From assembly GCA_039819785.1 (NCBI GenBank), contig JBCBRH010000009.1:30885-94884 (forward strand): 64,000 nt of DNA, in the 5' to 3' direction. The number at the start of each line of letters is the position of its first letter. Position 1 is the stretch's first letter. The translations under genes were made by a program, and so were the position numbers. A model generated the notes under the pieces. It had not been told where the DNA came from. It did no database searches and saw only the letters and a list, made by a program, of their open reading frames with translations. Origin of the DNA: Pseudomonadota bacterium (lineage in GTDB: Bacteria > Pseudomonadota > Alphaproteobacteria > Rhizobiales > Hyphomicrobiaceae). Positions 59,820 to 64,000 of the stretch are shown one piece after another.

Positions 59820-61087
59820 TCCTGACCACGTCCCGGTGTCTTGGCGGTAGCGGATGTATGCGTCCCCGCAAGGCCGATGGCATCTTTGAGCGCATCAGCA
59901 TAGGCATTGCGCACATCGCCCGTATCAAACCCGGCAAGAGCGCGGTGCTTCAGATAATACGTGGCCGCCTGGCCGAGTGCGTATGTGGTCGCAAAACTCG
60001 TGGCCGCTGCTGTCGCAGCCCCAATGGTCTGGCCATAACCAGGCACCAATTTCACCACCTGCCGCGCGCCCAAGGACACCAGCAACCGCGACACGACCCC
60101 AACGCCCAGGCAGGCGGCAAATTCGCCCAAGGTGCGCCGGTCCCAAGTGACGCTGAAATGATCACCGACCTGCTTCAGAAGCCGCGCTTGCACGGCAGGA
60201 ACAGCCAACGCCCCCGCAATCGGCACGACATCCACCGCTGCAGCGACCCGCGCATGTCCCACAATCTGCGATCGCAAACGCGAAGCCACACGGTCACCAC
60301 TGGCCGCCTGAAGCGTTTTGAGAGTGGCCACGAGCGCGTCTGGCGCAGACGTCGCAATCTCCTGAAGAAGCGCCTCGCGACCATAGTCCGGTGGGTCAAA
60401 GCCATCTTCCGGTTGCGTAAAATCAATTGCGACAAACGAAAGTGCGCCGCGACCAGGCACCTCCTTGAACAAAGAACGCTGATAGTTGAGCGCACGCATC
60501 AGTTCAGGCAGCGCCGCCTGGGTATCTTCCGCCCTAGGCCCTGCCTCAAGGTCGGGATAAAAAGGATAGGGCAACGGCAACGACCGCCCAGCGGGCAGAC
60601 CTTCATGAAGGCAGGTCTGCGCAACAACTACCGGCCAGTCCGGATGGCGGGCACGGACGGTCTTGATGACATCAACGACAAGGTCCTGTTGCGGGTCCAT
60701 CGCCCGCAAGGTCGCAACGATCAGATGCGCCCGGCTTTCGCATTCCGCCATGTCCTCCGCCGCATCATATCCAGCTTCGCCAAGGCCGCGGGTGTCGAGA
60801 AAGCGGATGAGCGGCGCCTCGGGCGGAAAATCGAAAATCCGGGACGTTCGTGTGCAGGCCTTGAAACCGCTCCCGACTTCAGCGTTGGAAGATTGTGTGA
60901 GCGTTTGAACGATGGACGTTTTGCCAGCCTGAACTTTGCCCAACATCCAAATGACGGGCGCTTCCGCCAACGCTGTTTCCACAATCCTGGCATCTTTGTC
61001 CGGAGCCTCATCAGACGCCATCAGCCGAGCCCAAAGATCGGTCACGCGGCTAAAAACGGTTCGAGTCTCTTGCGCTTGATGCGCCAC
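59816..61087 (-). CDS. P-loop GTPase fused to a DUF697-like membrane-associated C-terminal domain
   Basis: G1 GKVQAGKTS, G3 DTRGLG. The C-terminus AAVDVVPIAGALAVPAVQARLLKQVGDHF...LGVGVVSRLL resembles DUF697 (YcjF-like). Confidence 0.65.
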   Translation of the reverse strand: MAHQAQETRTVFSRVTDLWARLMASDEAPDKDARIVETALAEAPVIWMLGKVQAGKTSIVQTLTQSSNAEVGSGFKACTRTSRIFDFPPEAPLIRFLDTRGLGEAGYDAAEDMAECESRAHLIVATLRAMDPQQDLVVDVIKTVRARHPDWPVVVAQTCLHEGLPAGRSLPLPYPFYPDLEAGPRAEDTQAALPELMRALNYQRSLFKEVPGRGALSFVAIDFTQPEDGFDPPDYGREALLQEIATSAPDALVATLKTLQAASGDRVASRLRSQIVGHARVAAAVDVVPIAGALAVPAVQARLLKQVGDHFSVTWDRRTLGEFAACLGVGVVSRLLVSLGARQVVKLVPGYGQTIGAATAAATSFATTYALGQAATYYLKHRALAGFDTGDVRNAYADALKDAIGLAGTHTSATAKTPGRGQE

Positions 61088-61259
61088 GGCAAATACGTCC
61101 TCGAATGAAAGTGCGGCTCGGCATCAAGACATCTAGCACATAAAGCCTGATAGCTGATCGAGGTTGCGCCAGCGTTCGCCCACGGTCATAAACATCGGGT
61201 CGTTCGAAGCCGGCTTCAAGTGTACCGCAGGGACGGCTGTGTCCCGTCACGCACCCGCG

Positions 61260-61958
61260 CTACGATCCAACAGGCGGGGTCGGCATGATCAACAATTCAT
61301 GCACATCCACACTATCGGGTTGGGTGAGGGCGTAGACCACACCGCGTGCCACGTCATCCGCATGAAGCGCATCGGGCTTTGGATCATCGAAAAACGGCGT
61401 ATCCACCATGCCCGGTTCGATCAGCGTCACCCGGACGCCAGTCCCACGAAGTTCTTCACGCAACCCATAGCCAATGGCCGAAACGGCCCATTTCGAGGCC
61501 GAATACATCGAACCGGGCAACGTTCGGCGCCCTGCCACCGATCCCGTGATCAGCACATGGCCTCTTGAAGCCTTGATGGCTGCCAACGAGGCGCGCAGCG
61601 TATACGCGACACCAAGAATGTTGACGTTGACGATCTGCTGCCAGGACTCGATCGGTGCAGATGAAAAGCCTCCTGGCCGCCCGCCCGTACCTGCGTTGGC
61701 AAAAACGGCATCGATACTGCCAAAGCGCTCAATCGTGTCGGCAACCATCTTTTCTTGCTGACCATAGTCCGTCACATCGCAAACAAAACCGGCTGCATCA
61801 TCACCCAGCTCGCCAACAAGCTTTTCAATCGCCTCAGCCGATCTGGCAGCGAGCGCGACACGATAGCCCGCCGCAATCGCTTTGTGGGCCGTGGCCGCCC
61901 CAATACCCGTTGAGCCACCCGTGATCAGCAGAACCTTCTTATCACTCATAATCTTCAC
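61260..61958 (-). CDS. Short-chain dehydrogenase/reductase (SDR)
   Basis: TGGSTGIGAATA cofactor motif, NAG, catalytic YSASKWAV (YxxxK). Confidence 0.9.
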   Translation of the reverse strand: MKIMSDKKVLLITGGSTGIGAATAHKAIAAGYRVALAARSAEAIEKLVGELGDDAAGFVCDVTDYGQQEKMVADTIERFGSIDAVFANAGTGGRPGGFSSAPIESWQQIVNVNILGVAYTLRASLAAIKASRGHVLITGSVAGRRTLPGSMYSASKWAVSAIGYGLREELRGTGVRVTLIEPGMVDTPFFDDPKPDALHADDVARGVVYALTQPDSVDVHELLIMPTPPVGS

Positions 61959-62186
61959 GACTTTCCTAAATCAATGCCTCGACCAGACTGTGCGAACTGC
62001 CTCTTTGTTTTCAGACAACCCCGCTCCAGCCGCGTCCGACTGCCTCTTGAACCGAAAAACGATTGACGCTTTGGCACCAGCGCCGATCATTTACAGACGG
62101 CTGATCAGTGGTCATAACCCTTCGTTGGGTCCTGCAGTCGCAGGCAAACCTGGCGCAAACGGCCATCCGCACACCAAGAGCACACG

Positions 62187-64000
62187 ATGAGACCTGATAC
62201 ACCACGCACCATTCGCCTGAAGGACTACCGCCCCTCATCTCATGTGATAACGCACGTCGATCTCAACGTCAGCCTCCACCCCACTGAGACGCGCGTCACG
62301 GCGAAACTCAAAATCAATAAGAACCCGGCGAGTTCTCAAAAAAGCAAGGACCTGATCCTCGATGGCGAAGGTCTCGATCTCAAGCACATCGCCATCAATG
62401 GGACCGAACTGACGGGTAAGGACTTCAAGCGATCCGACACTTCCTTGCGGATTGCAAAGGTTCCCGACACTTTCGAACTTACGACAACCGTCATCATCAA
62501 CCCCGAAGCCAACAAGGCGCTTCAGGGGCTTTATCTGTCGCGCGGCATCTATTGCACGCAATGCGAAGCTGAGGGCTTCCGGCGGATCACGTACTTCCTG
62601 GACCGCCCGGATATTTTGTCCACCTACAAGGTACGCATTGAAGCCGAAGCTGACGAGGCCGCCGTTCTTCTATCCAATGGTAATCCGTTGGAGCGTGGAA
62701 CAGTTGCAGGTGGCAAGCGCCATTATGCGGTGTGGCGCGACCCTCATCCCAAGCCGTGTTATCTTTTCGCCCTCGTGGGTGGCAACCTAAGCTCCATCTC
62801 ATCAACGTTCAAAACCATGTCGGGCCGCTCCGTCGATCTCCGGATCTATGTGGAGCATGGCAAGGAAGACCGTGCTGGCTGGGCGATGGAATCGTTGAAA
62901 CGATCCATGACATGGGACGAAGAACGCTTTGGGCGTGAATACGACCTCGACGTTTTCAACATCGTCGCGGTGTCCCATTTCAACATGGGCGCAATGGAGA
63001 ACAAAGGCCTCAACATCTTCAATGACCGGCTGATCCTCGCCTCACCCGATAAGGCCACCGATGCAATCTACCAGTCCATCGAAGGTGTGGTCGCCCATGA
63101 ATACTTTCACAATTGGACCGGCAATCGCATCACCTGCCGGGACTGGTTCCAACTTTGCCTGAAAGAGGGACTGACGGTTTATCGGGACCAGGAATTCTCA
63201 TCCGATATCCGTGTCCGGACCGTCCAACGCATCCGCGAAGTGCGCCACCTGCGCGCTCACCAGTTCCCCGAAGACGCAGGCCCGCTTGCCCACCCGGTCA
63301 GACCCGACAGCTATATCGAAATCAACAACTTCTACACCTCGACCGTCTACGACAAGGGTGCAGAGCTTGTGCGGATGCTGGCAACCATCATCGGCGAAGA
63401 CAGTTTCCGAGCGGGAATGGATCTCTTCTTTGACCGCCACGACGGAGACGCAGCCACAATCGAAGACTTTCTGACCTGCTTTGAAGAAGCAGCCGGTCAA
63501 GACCTCAGTCACTTCAAACTCTGGTACCATCAAGCCGGCACACCTCGGGTCAGATGCCACACAACGCACGATGAAAAACGGCAAAAACTCACTGTAGAAC
63601 TCGAACAGGAAACACCACCTACGCCTGGCCAGAGCAAGAAAAAGCCCGTCCATATCCCCGTCCGTTTCGGACTTCTAAATGCCGATGGCGAAGATCTGCA
63701 CAAGCCCGTGCAGGGAGAACCTGACACGACCTCAGCAGATCTCATTCACCTCACAAAAAAACGCCAGAAATTCGTTTTTGAAGATATCGAACATTGCCCG
63801 GTGGTCTCTCTGTTTCGAGATTTCTCGGCGCCTGTCGTCGTGGATTTCGACCGCAGTGACGCCGATCTCGAATTCCTCGGCACCCACGATTCCGATGGTT
63901 TCAATCGATGGCAGGCAATCAATACACTGGCCACCCGCCTGATTGTCGGACGGATCGAAAAGCTGAAAGGCGCAACCTCGACACCAACACCATCAGGTCT
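62187..64000 (+). CDS. pepN: Aminopeptidase N (M1 family), 3' end beyond the window
   Basis: Not in the ORF track because it has no stop within the window. My own translation from the ATG at 62187 gives MRPDTPRTIRLKDYRP..., exopeptidase motif NMGAMENKGL, zinc motif HEYFHNWTGNR (His codon at 63096) and LKEGLTVYRD. AAGAG RBS. Confidence 0.9.
   Translation, partial: MRPDTPRTIRLKDYRPSSHVITHVDLNVSLHPTETRVTAKLKINKNPASSQKSKDLILDGEGLDLKHIAINGTELTGKDFKRSDTSLRIAKVPDTFELTTTVIINPEANKALQGLYLSRGIYCTQCEAEGFRRITYFLDRPDILSTYKVRIEAEADEAAVLLSNGNPLERGTVAGGKRHYAVWRDPHPKPCYLFALVGGNLSSISSTFKTMSGRSVDLRIYVEHGKEDRAGWAMESLKRSMTWDEERFGREYDLDVFNIVAVSHFNMGAMENKGLNIFNDRLILASPDKATDAIYQSIEGVVAHEYFHNWTGNRITCRDWFQLCLKEGLTVYRDQEFSSDIRVRTVQRIREVRHLRAHQFPEDAGPLAHPVRPDSYIEINNFYTSTVYDKGAELVRMLATIIGEDSFRAGMDLFFDRHDGDAATIEDFLTCFEEAAGQDLSHFKLWYHQAGTPRVRCHTTHDEKRQKLTVELEQETPPTPGQSKKKPVHIPVRFGLLNADGEDLHKPVQGEPDTTSADLIHLTKKRQKFVFEDIEHCPVVSLFRDFSAPVVVDFDRSDADLEFLGTHDSDGFNRWQAINTLATRLIVGRIEKLKGATSTPTPSG

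Noticed and set aside
59858-61108. 416-aa ORF on the plus strand
   Set aside because: Antisense to the GTPase-DUF697 gene. Arg-rich, low-complexity translation with no recognisable domain.
1-64000. Mobile elements, CRISPR arrays, tRNA/rRNA genes, toxin-antitoxin or known phage-defence cassettes
   Set aside because: I found no transposase, integrase or recombinase-like translation, no direct-repeat/spacer array and no tRNA-like cloverleaf in the intergenic regions I read. On this evidence the accessory right half is not bounded by recognisable mobility genes within the window.

Overview
GC-rich chromosomal segment with alphaproteobacterial gene order and content (purC-purS-purQ...purL-bolA-grxD, DUF1476 zeta-inhibitor, eukaryote-type NADP-IDH). 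I saw no rRNA, tRNA, CRISPR, transposase, integrase or transcription-factor gene. Left half (1-30 kb) is housekeeping: fadE, a CDGSH Fe-S protein, a complete Liv/Bra branched-chain amino-acid ABC transporter (livHMGF, a small coupled membrane protein, livK), a DmpA-type peptidase, purB, purC/S/Q/L, BolA and monothiol glutaredoxin, a PqiA-like protein, homocysteine S-methyltransferase, rpsD, a SpoU/TrmH RNA methyltransferase and icd. Right half (30-64 kb) is accessory and almost entirely on the minus strand. (a) A five-gene haem/flavin operon (30.9-36.3 kb): a NirB-like flavoprotein fused to a [2Fe-2S] module and a bis-His membrane domain, an 11-haem cytochrome, a DUF3365 haem protein, a globin and a mono-haem cytochrome c. 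This looks like a quinone-independent NAD(P)H-to-periplasm electron conduit and is my top candidate for an undescribed system. (b) A methyltransferase-MFS-methyltransferase-PhyH dioxygenase cluster. (c) A co-directional 15.6 kb block joining a His-rich heavy-metal RND system (no outer-membrane factor of its own), tolC, a 1212-aa RTX/LamG protein with an internal duplication, a type I secretion ABC protein with an unusual N-terminal polytopic extension, and HlyD. (d) A translationally coupled pair of membrane-associated P-loop GTPases (DUF697-type). The window ends with an SDR gene and a partial pepN, which is absent from the ORF track because it runs off the right edge. All calls rest on reading the translations, motifs and hairpins by eye; no database search was possible.
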